A stretch of 64,000 nt of DNA from Ignavibacteriales bacterium (GCA_037446575.1 JBBIII010000004.1:9583-73582); one strand, 5' to 3'; shown: positions 18,527 to 28,859, numbered from the stretch's first letter. Numbers and translations are program-made. The notes: generated from the letters alone by a model not told the origin.

Positions 18527-19399
18527 ATGGCGACAAAAAATCTTAATCCATATTTGCTAGGCGCGCATATGTCTATCGCCGGCGGTATGCACACATCTGT
18601 AGAACGCGCTTCTAAAATTGGCTGTAATGTTATGCAAGTTTTTGTTAAGAACAACAATCAATGGCGCGGTAAGAAATTATCTGACAAAGAAATTTTATTA
18701 TTCAAAGAAAAGCTTACGCAATCAGATATCAAATACGTAATGGCTCATGATACTTATCTAATTAACTTATGCGCAATAAATAAGATGATATTGTCAAGAT
18801 CACGCGCTACATTAAAAGACGAGTTTGATCGTTGTGAGCAACTCGGAATCGAGTATTTGAATTTTCATCCCGGCTCACACATGGGTCAAGGCGAAGTTGA
18901 TGGAATCAAACTTATTGCAGATTCATTGAATATAATTCATGGGCAAACAACAGGTTACAAAGTAAAAAGTGTTCTTGAAACAACTGCCGGTCAAGGAACC
19001 GCTATCGGTTATAGGTTTGAACAACTACAGGCAATAATTGATTTGATTGAAGAAAAAAATAGAATGGCCGTATGTATAGATACATGTCATATTTTTGCCG
19101 CTGGATATAATATATCGAACGAAGCGGGATGGGAAAAGACATTTAATGAGTTCGATGATATTATCGGTTTGGAACGATTAGTTGCATTTCATGTGAATGA
19201 TTCAAAACGGGAATGCGGCTCTCGTATAGATAGGCATGAACATATTGGGAAAGGGAAAATCGGTCTTGAAGGTTTCCGATTGCTTATGAATGATCAGCGA
19301 TTTCTCGATACTCCCAAAATTCTTGAAACGCCGAAGGGTGAAGATATGAAGGAAGATATCGAGAACATTAAAAAACTTAGACTATTGGCAATGCCTTAA
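18527..19399 (+). CDS. nfo: Endonuclease IV (AP endonuclease family 2)
   Basis: Xylose-isomerase-like TIM barrel with Nfo metal ligands (…AHDTYLINL…, …LNFHPGSH…, …FHVNDS…). Confidence 0.85.
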   Translation: MATKNLNPYLLGAHMSIAGGMHTSVERASKIGCNVMQVFVKNNNQWRGKKLSDKEILLFKEKLTQSDIKYVMAHDTYLINLCAINKMILSRSRATLKDEFDRCEQLGIEYLNFHPGSHMGQGEVDGIKLIADSLNIIHGQTTGYKVKSVLETTAGQGTAIGYRFEQLQAIIDLIEEKNRMAVCIDTCHIFAAGYNISNEAGWEKTFNEFDDIIGLERLVAFHVNDSKRECGSRIDRHEHIGKGKIGLEGFRLLMNDQRFLDTPKILETPKGEDMKEDIENIKKLRLLAMP

Positions 19400-19575
19400 T
19401 TTATGTTTTTTCAAAAATGAAGAACACATTTGCAGGTGAAGTTAAACTAATTTATATTAGAACGAGTTGCCTCTATAAAAATGTTGTAGCCAATTTTCGA
19501 GAATTATTTTTCTAATAGTTGGTTACTTTCGAAACTTAATTTGGTTGTAAGCATACAATAATAAAGGATAAACCC

Positions 19576-20601
19576 ATGAATAACCTCAGTGCTTACATAC
19601 GTAATAATTTATCTAATGTCCGCTATATCACCCTTCTAATAATTTTAACCTTATGTTTTATTCAATGCGGACAACCCGTTAAGAAATATCGTGTAGGAAT
19701 AATGTGCGGATTAGGTTTTTTTGCTAATACGATTGACGGATTCAAACAAAAGATGTCTGAGTTAGGGTATGTTGAAGAAAAAAATATTTACTATGATATT
19801 CAAAGAGCCGAATCGAACGTGGATTCTGTAGAGATTATAACAAAGAAATTTGTGAGTGATAAAGTCGATCTAATTTTTGTTTTTCCAACAGACGCTACTT
19901 TGAAGACAAAAGAAGTTGCACGAGGTTCTTCAATTCCAATTTTATTTGCAAACGCAAATATTGAGGGGGTTAATTTAGTTAAAAGTATAAAGGAGCCGGG
20001 AGAGAATATTACCGGTGTAAGATATCCTGGCCCTGATCTTACGATAAAACGATTTGAAATTATGTGCGAAATAGCGCCAAAAGCAAAAACATTTTTTATT
20101 CCTTATAAGCGAAATAATCCGATAGTGCCGAGTCAATTAGAAGTATTACGTATAGCTGCAAATGATGCAGGCATAAAACTTATCGAAGCTCCGGCTAGTT
20201 CTGTTGAAGAATTGCGCGAAAACTTAAAAAAGCAAGTAGTAAATAATAAAACGAATATTCATGCGATATTAATGATAGCTGAACCTCTTGCAGTTATGCC
20301 GCCATATTTTTTGGAATTAGCGAAATATGCTGTAAAATATAAAATTCCGTTTGGAGGCGCACTAATGATGGTTGAAGGATATAGTTCAATTTTTGGAGTA
20401 TCCACCGATAATGTGGCAGTTGGCAAACAAGCCGCGCCTTTAGCTGATAAAATATTAAAAGGAGCTCGTGCAGGTACAATCCCTGTTGTGTCGGCAGAAA
20501 ATTTTCTACAAATAAACTTAGTGGCTGTAAAACAATTAGGCATTAAAATTCCCGAGGGCATCTTAAAGCAGGCAAATAAAGTAATTAATATTCTTGAATA
20601 A
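19576..20601 (+). CDS. Periplasmic substrate-binding-protein-like protein (ABC_sub_bind / type-2 PBP fold), probable sensor partner
   Basis: A signal peptide plus the 'YRVGIM…' β-strand start typical of PF04392-like binding proteins. It lies immediately upstream of the hybrid kinase. Confidence 0.5.
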   Translation: MNNLSAYIRNNLSNVRYITLLIILTLCFIQCGQPVKKYRVGIMCGLGFFANTIDGFKQKMSELGYVEEKNIYYDIQRAESNVDSVEIITKKFVSDKVDLIFVFPTDATLKTKEVARGSSIPILFANANIEGVNLVKSIKEPGENITGVRYPGPDLTIKRFEIMCEIAPKAKTFFIPYKRNNPIVPSQLEVLRIAANDAGIKLIEAPASSVEELRENLKKQVVNNKTNIHAILMIAEPLAVMPPYFLELAKYAVKYKIPFGGALMMVEGYSSIFGVSTDNVAVGKQAAPLADKILKGARAGTIPVVSAENFLQINLVAVKQLGIKIPEGILKQANKVINILE

Positions 20602-20606
20602 AATTA

Positions 20607-23600
20607 ATGAAAAATATTTTTAGGTTAGAGGGAAATAGAAGCTTAACGACAACTCTCACATCTTCTTTTTTTGGCGTCAGTCTAATTGGCTTAATAATAT
20701 TGGGCGGCTTGCTTCTTTTCTTTAATATTCGTGTTCACCAAACTGCAATTTATACCAACCAACATTTAATAGCGCATGATGCCGCAAAAACTGTAAGTAA
20801 TTTTTTGCTTGAAAAAATAAGCGTTTTGGAAACAATATTTTGGATATATAATCCGAATGAAATGACAGTGGTTGGCAGAAAAGAGATTTTGCATGGATTA
20901 CTAGGAATTCAACCTTCATTTAAACAGATAATAATATTTGACAAGGAAGAAAAAGAAACATCGCGTGTTTCACGTCGTTCAAGAATGGAGTTTATGAGGT
21001 ATGAATTAAAATTTAAAAAAGAAATAATTGCACAAATTAAATTAGGTCTTACTTATTTAAGCCCTGTTTATATTGATGAGTTCACTTTAGAGCCGCTTGT
21101 AGTTGTTGCTGTTCCTGTAAAGGATATAGTAGGTGATGTCCAAGCTTCGGTAGTAGCAGAAATCAATTTAAAATTCATGTGGGATTTGGTCGACCAAATA
21201 AAAATTGGCGATACTGGTTACGCTTATGTTGTAGATAGAAACGGAAATTTAATCTCTTTTGGAGATGCTTCTCGTGTTTTGCAGAATGAAAATGTTAAAC
21301 ACATATCTGCAGTATCCGAATTTATTCTCGATACAAATTCTTTACGTTCGCCGTTTGTAAGCACGTATAAAGGCATTAAACAATCAACGGTTGTTGGAAC
21401 TTACGTTCCACTTGGGAATCCGGATTGGGCAGTTGTTACAGAATTGCCCTGGGAAGAAGCATATAGCCAAACTATAATTGAAATAATTATTGCAATTATC
21501 GCACTCGTTTTAATTGTATTTATAATCAGCATTTTAGGAATTTATGTTGCAAAGCGGCTTTCTATTCCGATAGTCAATCTCATGAATACAGCAACATCAA
21601 TTGCTGGCGGTGAAAAAAATATTTTAGCGGAGATAAAGGGTCCAAAGGAAGTCGCCGCTCTTGCTGAAGCTTTTAACAGCATGACAACTCAATTACGAAG
21701 CATAAACAAGGAATTGGAACAACAAATTGCAGAAGTTAAGCGCACTGAAAAAGAATTGCGTGAAAAGACAAAAGAACTGGATAACTATTTTACTAACTCA
21801 CTCGATTTGTTATGTATTGCCGATACAGATGGAAATTTCCGTCGATTGAATAAAGAATGGGAAATTGCATTAGGATACTTTCTTCACGAATTAGAAGGAA
21901 AGAAATTTTTAGATTTTGTGCATCCGGAAGATATAAAATCAACTGAAGAAGTCGTTGCCGAACTTGGCAAACAAAAGGAAGTGCTTAATTTTGTGAACCG
22001 GTATAAATGTAAAGATGGTGCTTATAGATGGTTAGAATGGCGGTCATTTCCATTTGGAAATTTGATCTATGCGGCGGCAAGAGATATAACTGAACGAAAA
22101 ATAATTGAAGAAGCATTACAATTAACGCGTTTTACTGTTGATCATGCGGCAGATGCAATATATTGGATTGATTCCAACGCTAAGATAGTTGATGTTAATC
22201 AATCAGCTTGTAATACGCTTGGTTATAAACGCAGTGAATTAATAAAAATGTCTCTGATGGATATTGATTCGCAATTTTCTATCGAACATTGGACGGAAGC
22301 TTGGGAAAAAATAAAACAATATGGAACTTTAACGCGCGAAACTATTCATAAAACTAAAGACGGACGGTTGATTCCAGTTGAGATTATTGCCAATTATATA
22401 AAATTCGGCGGACAAGAATTAGACTGCGCATTTGTAAGAGATATAACCGAAAGAAAGCAGGCAGATGAAACTAAACGGTTATTAGCACACACGATGGAAA
22501 GTATTTCTGAAATTGCCACCATCACAAATCTTGAAGATAAATATACGTTTGTGAACGAAGCATTTCTGAGAACTTATGGATACGAACGTAATGAAGTAAT
22601 TGGAAGACATGTAAGTTTAGTGTGGTCTTCTAATAATCCACCGGATCTTCACACGCAAATTCTTGAACAAAGTCGGGTAATGCCATGGCGTGGAGAAGCA
22701 CTAAACATAACAAAAGATGGGAAAGAATTTCCAGTTTTGCTTCGCACATCTCAAGTTAAAGATGAAAATGGTACTGTTATCGGACTTGTTGGCATTGCTG
22801 AAGATATAAGCGAGCGAAAGCAATTGGAAGCTCAACTAATGCAGTCTCAAAAAATGGAAGCGGTAGGCAGACTGGCAGGTGGAATAGCGCACGATTTTAA
22901 TAATATGATAAGCGTAATTCTTGGTTATGCGTCGTTACTTGAAAAAAGTCTTACTCCTTCTGATCCATTAATGCAAAATATTAATGCAATCACTAATGCC
23001 GCCCAACGTTCAGCAAATCTTACAAAGCAATTGCTTGCCTATGCTCGTAGGCAGGTCATTATGCCGATTGTTGTTAATTTAAATGATGCTCTTTCAACTC
23101 TTTCAAAAATGTTAGAACGCCTGTTAGGCGAAGATATTTCACTAAAGCTTAATTTGGCAAATGATTTATGGAATATTAAATTCGATCCAACGCAATTAGA
23201 TCAAATATTAGCCAATTTAGCTACTAATGCGCGTGATGCAATTGAAGATGTAGGATCAATTGTCATAAAAACCTCAAATGTAGTCATCGATGCATCCGAT
23301 GCGCAAGAATATATAGATGTCGTACAAGGTGAATATGTTTTGCTCTCTTTTAGTGATAGCGGAAAAGGGATAGATAATGAAACTCAATCGAGAATTTTTG
23401 ATCCATTCTTTACTACAAAACCAAAAGGACAAGGGACTGGACTTGGCTTATCAACAGTTTTTGGAATAATGAAACAAAACAATGGATTTATTTTAATTAA
23501 TAGTGAAATAGGGCAAGGCACGACTTTCAAATTATACTTCCCTCGATTTTACGGTAAAGCAGAAAAACGGTCTGAATTTACAATGCAAGAACCGCAACGC

Positions 23601-23969
23601 AGGCATGAAACTGTCTTAATTGTTGAGGACGAAAAAGATCTTCTCGAATTGAATAGAATAACTTTAGAGATGTACGGATATAACGTTCTTACCGCTCAAT
23701 CTCCGGGTGATGCAATACTTCTTGTTGAAAAAAATAAACAGAAAATAGAACTTCTTATCACTGATGTAGTGATGCCCGGAATGAATGGGAGAGAATTGAA
23801 GAACCGTATCGAATCAATTAAACCAGGGTTAAAAACAATTTATATGTCCGGCTATACTGCAGATGTAGTTGCCAATAGGGGAATATTGGAAAAAGGCGTA
23901 CATTTTATTCAGAAACCTTTCAAGCCAAACGAATTGATAATTATGGTTCAGAAAGTATTAAGCGTATAG
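20607..23969 (+). CDS. Hybrid sensor histidine kinase / response regulator with multiple PAS domains
   Basis: 1120 aa. It has two TM segments flanking a periplasmic sensor region, a HAMP-like region, three PAS-like repeats, an HisKA 'HDFNNM', an HATPase_c with 'GTGLGL', and a C-terminal receiver domain (…VEDE…DVVMPGMNG…). Confidence 0.85.
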   Translation: MKNIFRLEGNRSLTTTLTSSFFGVSLIGLIILGGLLLFFNIRVHQTAIYTNQHLIAHDAAKTVSNFLLEKISVLETIFWIYNPNEMTVVGRKEILHGLLGIQPSFKQIIIFDKEEKETSRVSRRSRMEFMRYELKFKKEIIAQIKLGLTYLSPVYIDEFTLEPLVVVAVPVKDIVGDVQASVVAEINLKFMWDLVDQIKIGDTGYAYVVDRNGNLISFGDASRVLQNENVKHISAVSEFILDTNSLRSPFVSTYKGIKQSTVVGTYVPLGNPDWAVVTELPWEEAYSQTIIEIIIAIIALVLIVFIISILGIYVAKRLSIPIVNLMNTATSIAGGEKNILAEIKGPKEVAALAEAFNSMTTQLRSINKELEQQIAEVKRTEKELREKTKELDNYFTNSLDLLCIADTDGNFRRLNKEWEIALGYFLHELEGKKFLDFVHPEDIKSTEEVVAELGKQKEVLNFVNRYKCKDGAYRWLEWRSFPFGNLIYAAARDITERKIIEEALQLTRFTVDHAADAIYWIDSNAKIVDVNQSACNTLGYKRSELIKMSLMDIDSQFSIEHWTEAWEKIKQYGTLTRETIHKTKDGRLIPVEIIANYIKFGGQELDCAFVRDITERKQADETKRLLAHTMESISEIATITNLEDKYTFVNEAFLRTYGYERNEVIGRHVSLVWSSNNPPDLHTQILEQSRVMPWRGEALNITKDGKEFPVLLRTSQVKDENGTVIGLVGIAEDISERKQLEAQLMQSQKMEAVGRLAGGIAHDFNNMISVILGYASLLEKSLTPSDPLMQNINAITNAAQRSANLTKQLLAYARRQVIMPIVVNLNDALSTLSKMLERLLGEDISLKLNLANDLWNIKFDPTQLDQILANLATNARDAIEDVGSIVIKTSNVVIDASDAQEYIDVVQGEYVLLSFSDSGKGIDNETQSRIFDPFFTTKPKGQGTGLGLSTVFGIMKQNNGFILINSEIGQGTTFKLYFPRFYGKAEKRSEFTMQEPQRRHETVLIVEDEKDLLELNRITLEMYGYNVLTAQSPGDAILLVEKNKQKIELLITDVVMPGMNGRELKNRIESIKPGLKTIYMSGYTADVVANRGILEKGVHFIQKPFKPNELIIMVQKVLSV

Positions 23970-24005
23970 TTTTAGTTCGGTTTTTATTTTTTAAAAATTT
24001 GTAAT

Positions 24006-25055
24006 ATGACTCTTAAAGATATTTTAGATAGTCATACAAAAGAGGGAACACTCTATGCCCAACAAAAGCAGGAGTGGGTGCAATGTTTTGCTTGTGGCCA
24101 TCGGTGTAAGATTCCGTCCGGTAAAGATGGTATATGCAAAATCAGATTTAACAAAAATGGAAAATTATTTGTACCATTTGGTTATGTTTCAGGGATTGCT
24201 GTTGATCCAATCGAAAAGAAACCCTTTTTTCATGCATATCCTGGATCTAACGCATTAAGCTTTGGTATGCTTGGCTGCGATTATCACTGTCCGTTTTGTC
24301 AAAACTGGATAACTTCTCAGTCGTTGCGAGATCCACATGCTGTATCTTCTATTCAGGAAGTAACCGCCAAAGAAATAATCGATCTTGCTGTCAAACATAA
24401 AGCTCCGGTTATTACAAGTACATATAATGAGCCGCTTATTACTACGGAATGGGCAGTTGAAATCTTCAAGTTAGCGAAAAAAGAGGGCTTAGTTACTTCT
24501 TATGTATCCAATGGAAATGGAACCTCGGAAGTTCTGAATTATTTAAATCCATGGATTGACCTTTTTAAAATTGACTTAAAAAGTTTCAGGCAAAAATCAT
24601 ATCAACAAATGGGCGGAATTCTTCAAAATGTACTTGACACAATTCAATTGCTTTTTAATCAAAGGAAATGGATTGAAATAGTAACTCTTATAATACCTAA
24701 AATGAATGATTCAGATGAAGAATTAAAAGATATTGCAAATTTTATTTTTTCTATTTCTCCAAATATTCCTTGGCATGTAACTGCATTTCATCAAGATTAT
24801 AAAATGTCGTCATCTGAAAAAGTAACTCCAATTTCCACGCTCCTACGCGCCGCCGAAATAGGTTACAAAGCCGGTCTGCATTTTGTTTATACAGGTAATA
24901 GACCGGGTGAAACACACAATTATGAAAATACATATTGTTGGGTGTGTAATGAATTGTTAATTGAGCGTTGTGGGTTTAGAATTTTAAACAATCACATTTC
25001 CGACGACGGTTGCAGAAAATGCGGAACAAAAATAGCCGGCAGATGGAATGCTTAA
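24006..25055 (+). CDS. AmmeMemoRadiSam-system-type radical SAM enzyme
   Basis: An N-terminal Cys-rich ribbon (CFACGHRC…C) is followed by 'VDPIEKKPFFH' and the radical-SAM CxxxCxxC 'CDYHCPFCQNW'. Confidence 0.7.
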   Translation: MTLKDILDSHTKEGTLYAQQKQEWVQCFACGHRCKIPSGKDGICKIRFNKNGKLFVPFGYVSGIAVDPIEKKPFFHAYPGSNALSFGMLGCDYHCPFCQNWITSQSLRDPHAVSSIQEVTAKEIIDLAVKHKAPVITSTYNEPLITTEWAVEIFKLAKKEGLVTSYVSNGNGTSEVLNYLNPWIDLFKIDLKSFRQKSYQQMGGILQNVLDTIQLLFNQRKWIEIVTLIIPKMNDSDEELKDIANFIFSISPNIPWHVTAFHQDYKMSSSEKVTPISTLLRAAEIGYKAGLHFVYTGNRPGETHNYENTYCWVCNELLIERCGFRILNNHISDDGCRKCGTKIAGRWNA

Positions 25056-25218
25056 ATATATGGGAAAACTTATTATGCTTTTAAATAAATTTTTAATAGA
25101 GACATCAAAAATATTATGTAAGAAAAGTTATTACAATCCCAATAGAATCTGTAAAATCCTACGCCCTTCGCAGGGTGACAAACTTACCTGTAAAAGTGCG
25201 GTTATTTCGTTTTATAGA

Positions 25219-26004
25219 ATGTTTTCAGTTTTTCAGAGGTCTCTATTAAAAAATATTATATCAATTTTAATAGCAGTAATTTTTTGGGGTTGTCCTTCAA
25301 CAGCTCCAAAGGTCGAGAAAACTGTTATTGCAAAACCTGAAATTACAATTCGAGTTGCAAGTTTAAGCTTAACTAATTTGAATAAACGAATAGAACGTAG
25401 ACACATTTCAAATTTAGTAAAAATTCTTAAGCGCGAGGGGGTTGAAATTTTTGCGGTACAGGGCATATCGCGTTATCCAAGTCTATCAACACGAATAGAC
25501 ATTGTGAATGAACTTACCGCTCAAATGGAATGGCGAAATGCATTTGGTGAAATGCTCAACATGTCCGGGCGACAAACTGGAAATGCGGTTTTTTCAATGT
25601 ATCCTATTCTTTCTCAGTTTAACCACTTGTTCGATGTCGTGAAATCGGATTATTATGAATCAGCACTGCAAACAGTGATTGATGTTGGAGTAGGTTCTGT
25701 GTCTATAATTAGCAGTCAACTGCCAGAAAAAGTGGCAGTTAAGGAACAAGAAAAATGCTTAAATATAATTACAAGCTTAGTTGAGAATTCAAGAAAAGGG
25801 ACAATTATTGCTGGCAACTTGCCAGCGATTGAAAAAATTCAATCCTTAAATACATTTGCGGAATCTATTAATTCTGAGACTCAAAAAAATACAAATACAA
25901 AAATTTGGTATTCAACAAATACATCTTTCAAACATCTAAATTCGTACATTGCTGATACAGAGTTAGGCAGTGTTGTGATTGTGCAATTTGGCATATTTAG
26001 GTAA
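25219..26004 (+). CDS. Hypothetical lipoprotein, weak endonuclease/exonuclease/phosphatase-fold resemblance
   Basis: The start is more likely Met25219 (MFSVFQRSLLKNIISILIAVIFWGC, a lipobox-like Cys) than the ORF-track start at 25048. Segment order resembles the EEP fold (IRVASLSL…, GNAVFSMYPI…), but the usual catalytic N/E/H residues are not evident. Confidence 0.35.
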   Translation: MFSVFQRSLLKNIISILIAVIFWGCPSTAPKVEKTVIAKPEITIRVASLSLTNLNKRIERRHISNLVKILKREGVEIFAVQGISRYPSLSTRIDIVNELTAQMEWRNAFGEMLNMSGRQTGNAVFSMYPILSQFNHLFDVVKSDYYESALQTVIDVGVGSVSIISSQLPEKVAVKEQEKCLNIITSLVENSRKGTIIAGNLPAIEKIQSLNTFAESINSETQKNTNTKIWYSTNTSFKHLNSYIADTELGSVVIVQFGIFR

Positions 26005-26101
26005 ATGTATCGTTTGGTATATCGCATTTGATATTCTTTTTCTAAACTATTATTATGTTGCAGTAGTAACTATTAAAGCACATATAATGAAATAATATAT
26101 T

Positions 26102-27298
26102 ATGGCAGAAGAAAATAAAGTTGATCCACAAGTAATTAAAGAGCGTATAGGCAAACATTTACGTACTGCTGACGAGCACACTCGTTTTCAACGCTATGAA
26201 GAAGCTATCAGGGAAATAGAATTAGCGTTAGACCTAGATCCGAAGAATAACTATGCTCGTTCGTTTCTCGAAAGAGTCAAATTAATGAATAAGCGCGCTC
26301 ATGAAAAAGAAGTTGCGCACCAAGGGACAGCGGAAATGTCTTTGGAAGAACGAATGGCGTTAATCTCGCAACATTTAGCGGTGGCAGAAGAATATATCAA
26401 TAAAAAGAATTATAAAAGGGCGTTAGATGAAGTAGCTCGGGTGTATAAAATTGATGCAAATAATTTTTATGCCCAAGCGTATTCCGAACGAATCGATGCA
26501 TTAATGTTGGAAGAAAGCGCTGAAGGCGCAAAACTTCTTAAATCCGCTGTTAAACAAGTTGCAGAAATTACACCGCAAGTTGAAAACAAACAGCCGCCGC
26601 CCTTGCCGAAAAGCGGAAGCTCGTTGATGTATAGAGAATTGCTTAGGGATGTTTGGTCCGACGGAAAAGTGACGGAGCAGGAGGCAAAAGAACTTGAAAC
26701 AATGCGCGAACTTTTTGGAATTACGAATGAAGCGCATCAACAGTATGAGCAAGAAATCAAAATTGAAGCATACCTTGAAGCGTTGCGTATTGCGTGGCGT
26801 GATAATATAATGACCGATTTAGAGCAAAAAGCGCTTCAAACAATGCGTGATAAATACGGAATCACACCGGAAGAACAAACCATTGCTGAAAAAAGATTTG
26901 ATGAAATTAAAAAGCTCTCTAAAACGCGTGGAACGATTTTGGTAGTCGATTCAAATCGAGACGATCTTGTTGCATTAGGCAAGGTATTAAAGCAACGCGG
27001 CTTTACTATCTTTATGGCGCAAAAAACTGAAGACGCACTTCAAATACTTATAAATCAGAAGCCAAACATAATTATTTCTGAAATTCTTTTTCCAAATTCG
27101 CAGTTAGATGGAGTAGGTTTTTTAAAGAAATTAAGAGAACACTCCGCGTTACGACATACTCCCTTTTTCTTCATTAGTGGTATTATAGATAAAAAAGTAT
27201 TGCAAGCCGCTTATCGTTTAAGTGCTGACCACTTTTTGAGTAAGCCAATTGATTATGAACTGTTGTTCTCTATGATAGATGGAAAGCTAAACATCTAA
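26102..27298 (+). CDS. Response-regulator receiver protein with N-terminal TPR-like and tandem TerB-like repeats
   Basis: The C-terminus has an REC domain (ILVVDSNRDD…ISEILFP…DG…). Two 'DGKVTEQEAKELETMRELFGIT' / 'DNIMTDLEQKALQTMRDKYGIT' repeats sit in the middle. There is no DNA-binding output domain. Confidence 0.6.
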   Translation: MAEENKVDPQVIKERIGKHLRTADEHTRFQRYEEAIREIELALDLDPKNNYARSFLERVKLMNKRAHEKEVAHQGTAEMSLEERMALISQHLAVAEEYINKKNYKRALDEVARVYKIDANNFYAQAYSERIDALMLEESAEGAKLLKSAVKQVAEITPQVENKQPPPLPKSGSSLMYRELLRDVWSDGKVTEQEAKELETMRELFGITNEAHQQYEQEIKIEAYLEALRIAWRDNIMTDLEQKALQTMRDKYGITPEEQTIAEKRFDEIKKLSKTRGTILVVDSNRDDLVALGKVLKQRGFTIFMAQKTEDALQILINQKPNIIISEILFPNSQLDGVGFLKKLREHSALRHTPFFFISGIIDKKVLQAAYRLSADHFLSKPIDYELLFSMIDGKLNI

Positions 27299-27301
27299 CC
27301 A

Positions 27302-28402
27302 TTATTCAGCGCTTAAAATCTCTCCCGACATCGGTAGATGATTAAGTTTTAATTCTTTCGTACCATCTTTAAATACTGTTACGCGTTCGAAGTAAAATTT
27401 CAATCCCTTTGCAGTTTGCATAAAAGGCGAATCCTGTAGGTGATAATGAATAACGGGTTCGGTCGAGTTACCTGAATTGCCACATAATGCAATTACTTGC
27501 CCGCGCTTAACATTCTCACCGACTTTGACTCTTACACTGCCTTGTTTTAAATATGAAAGTACCGAATATTCACGATTTGTATGTTGTATAATAATTGCAT
27601 TGCCGATAGCCGCATAAGGATTACGTAACCCCGGTGAATTCTCTCTAATTCCATCTATTGTCTCCACTACAATTCCATCAGCTGGTGCTAATACTTCTTT
27701 CCCATATCCATAATATTCTTCGTTTGTTTTACCATCTTTATTATATCTAAGACCTGCTTCATTTGTGGCAGAAAATTCGTAAGCATATTGTTGTTGCAGC
27801 AAGTTTCTTTGCGCGGCGCCTTCGCGTAACTCTCCACCATAAATTACAGCCCAAGTTCCTTTGAATGGCGGATATAATACTGTCTGCTGTTTATCTGCGA
27901 CAACCGGAGGCACAGGTTGAGGTTCAGATTTAACTATTGTTGTAGGTTGTTCTGGTTTGGGATCTGTCGCCGCCGTAGTTGGAGGAATTTGTGTCGGTTG
28001 TGTTTCTGTTGGTTTAGGTGTTGGCGTTGGTTCTGCTACAATATGAGTTGTAAAAAGAAATCCTTTAATTTTTCCTTGATCTGTTAAATAAATATTTAAT
28101 ACTTGTGCCCCACGTTCGAAAAACATAACGCAAATAGCATGATCTGCCCCTTTAATCTGAGGCGCTTCAATTCTACTTACTTTCCCATATTGATTTTCTA
28201 GATTCTTAAAAAATATAGTAGTCTTATTTAAAGGAAAAGCAGTCAACATTCCTGAATCATATTCACTTACCATAGCTTCATAGTTCGATGTATTCATTGC
28301 TTCTACTAATCTATTAATTACATTTACAAACTTTTCATTGTTTTGCTGGCCAAAAGTTTGAATGCTTAAAACTAATATTAGTATTAATTGTTTTATCGCC
28401 AT
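27302..28402 (-). CDS. Secreted M23 family metallopeptidase with a Pro/Thr-rich linker
   Basis: A signal peptide, a PTPTPKPTETQPTQIPP linker, and an M23 'HYHLQ'/'GNSGNSTEPHLH'-type C-terminus (…ALCGNSGNSTEPVIHYHL…). Confidence 0.8.
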   Translation of the reverse strand: MAIKQLILILVLSIQTFGQQNNEKFVNVINRLVEAMNTSNYEAMVSEYDSGMLTAFPLNKTTIFFKNLENQYGKVSRIEAPQIKGADHAICVMFFERGAQVLNIYLTDQGKIKGFLFTTHIVAEPTPTPKPTETQPTQIPPTTAATDPKPEQPTTIVKSEPQPVPPVVADKQQTVLYPPFKGTWAVIYGGELREGAAQRNLLQQQYAYEFSATNEAGLRYNKDGKTNEEYYGYGKEVLAPADGIVVETIDGIRENSPGLRNPYAAIGNAIIIQHTNREYSVLSYLKQGSVRVKVGENVKRGQVIALCGNSGNSTEPVIHYHLQDSPFMQTAKGLKFYFERVTVFKDGTKELKLNHLPMSGEILSAE

Positions 28403-28859
28403 AATTTACATCTCATTAAGTTATTAAACATTAGCACGATTTTTGGAAAGAATCAATATATTTGAAACTCTAAATAAAAAGCCGAGCTACTAAGTTCTCC
28501 TTTTCCATATCGATTTATTACCTAATATTTCCCAAACATCAAAATAAAGAACAAATGTTTCGCTTCACTCTATTATTTGAAAAAACACTATTCAAACACT
28601 TATAGTCAATAACTTAAACATATACAGTTTCGAAAAAGTTTGTTATGTAATAACATATTTGTACGCCTATGTAAAGTCATAATTACTATTAGAGACATCT
28701 GAAAAAAATTTCGAGTCATTGAGAGCAATCTCGATTTTATCGAATATTTAGCAATGAAATTGGAAACAAATATTTCAGAAGTCTCTATTATATTGTAATT
28801 AATAGAAGTACAATTTTAACAGTCTCGTGTTTTTTATTTGGGGAGAACTGCTTCAACGT

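Noticed and set aside
25048-25218. Upstream start (Met25048) for the lipoprotein gene, overlapping the radical-SAM gene end
   Set aside because: The extension (MLKYMGKLIMLLNKFLIETSKILCKKSYYNPNRICKIL…) lacks signal-peptide character. The internal Met25219 begins a lipoprotein-like leader ending in WGC, so the shorter model is preferred.
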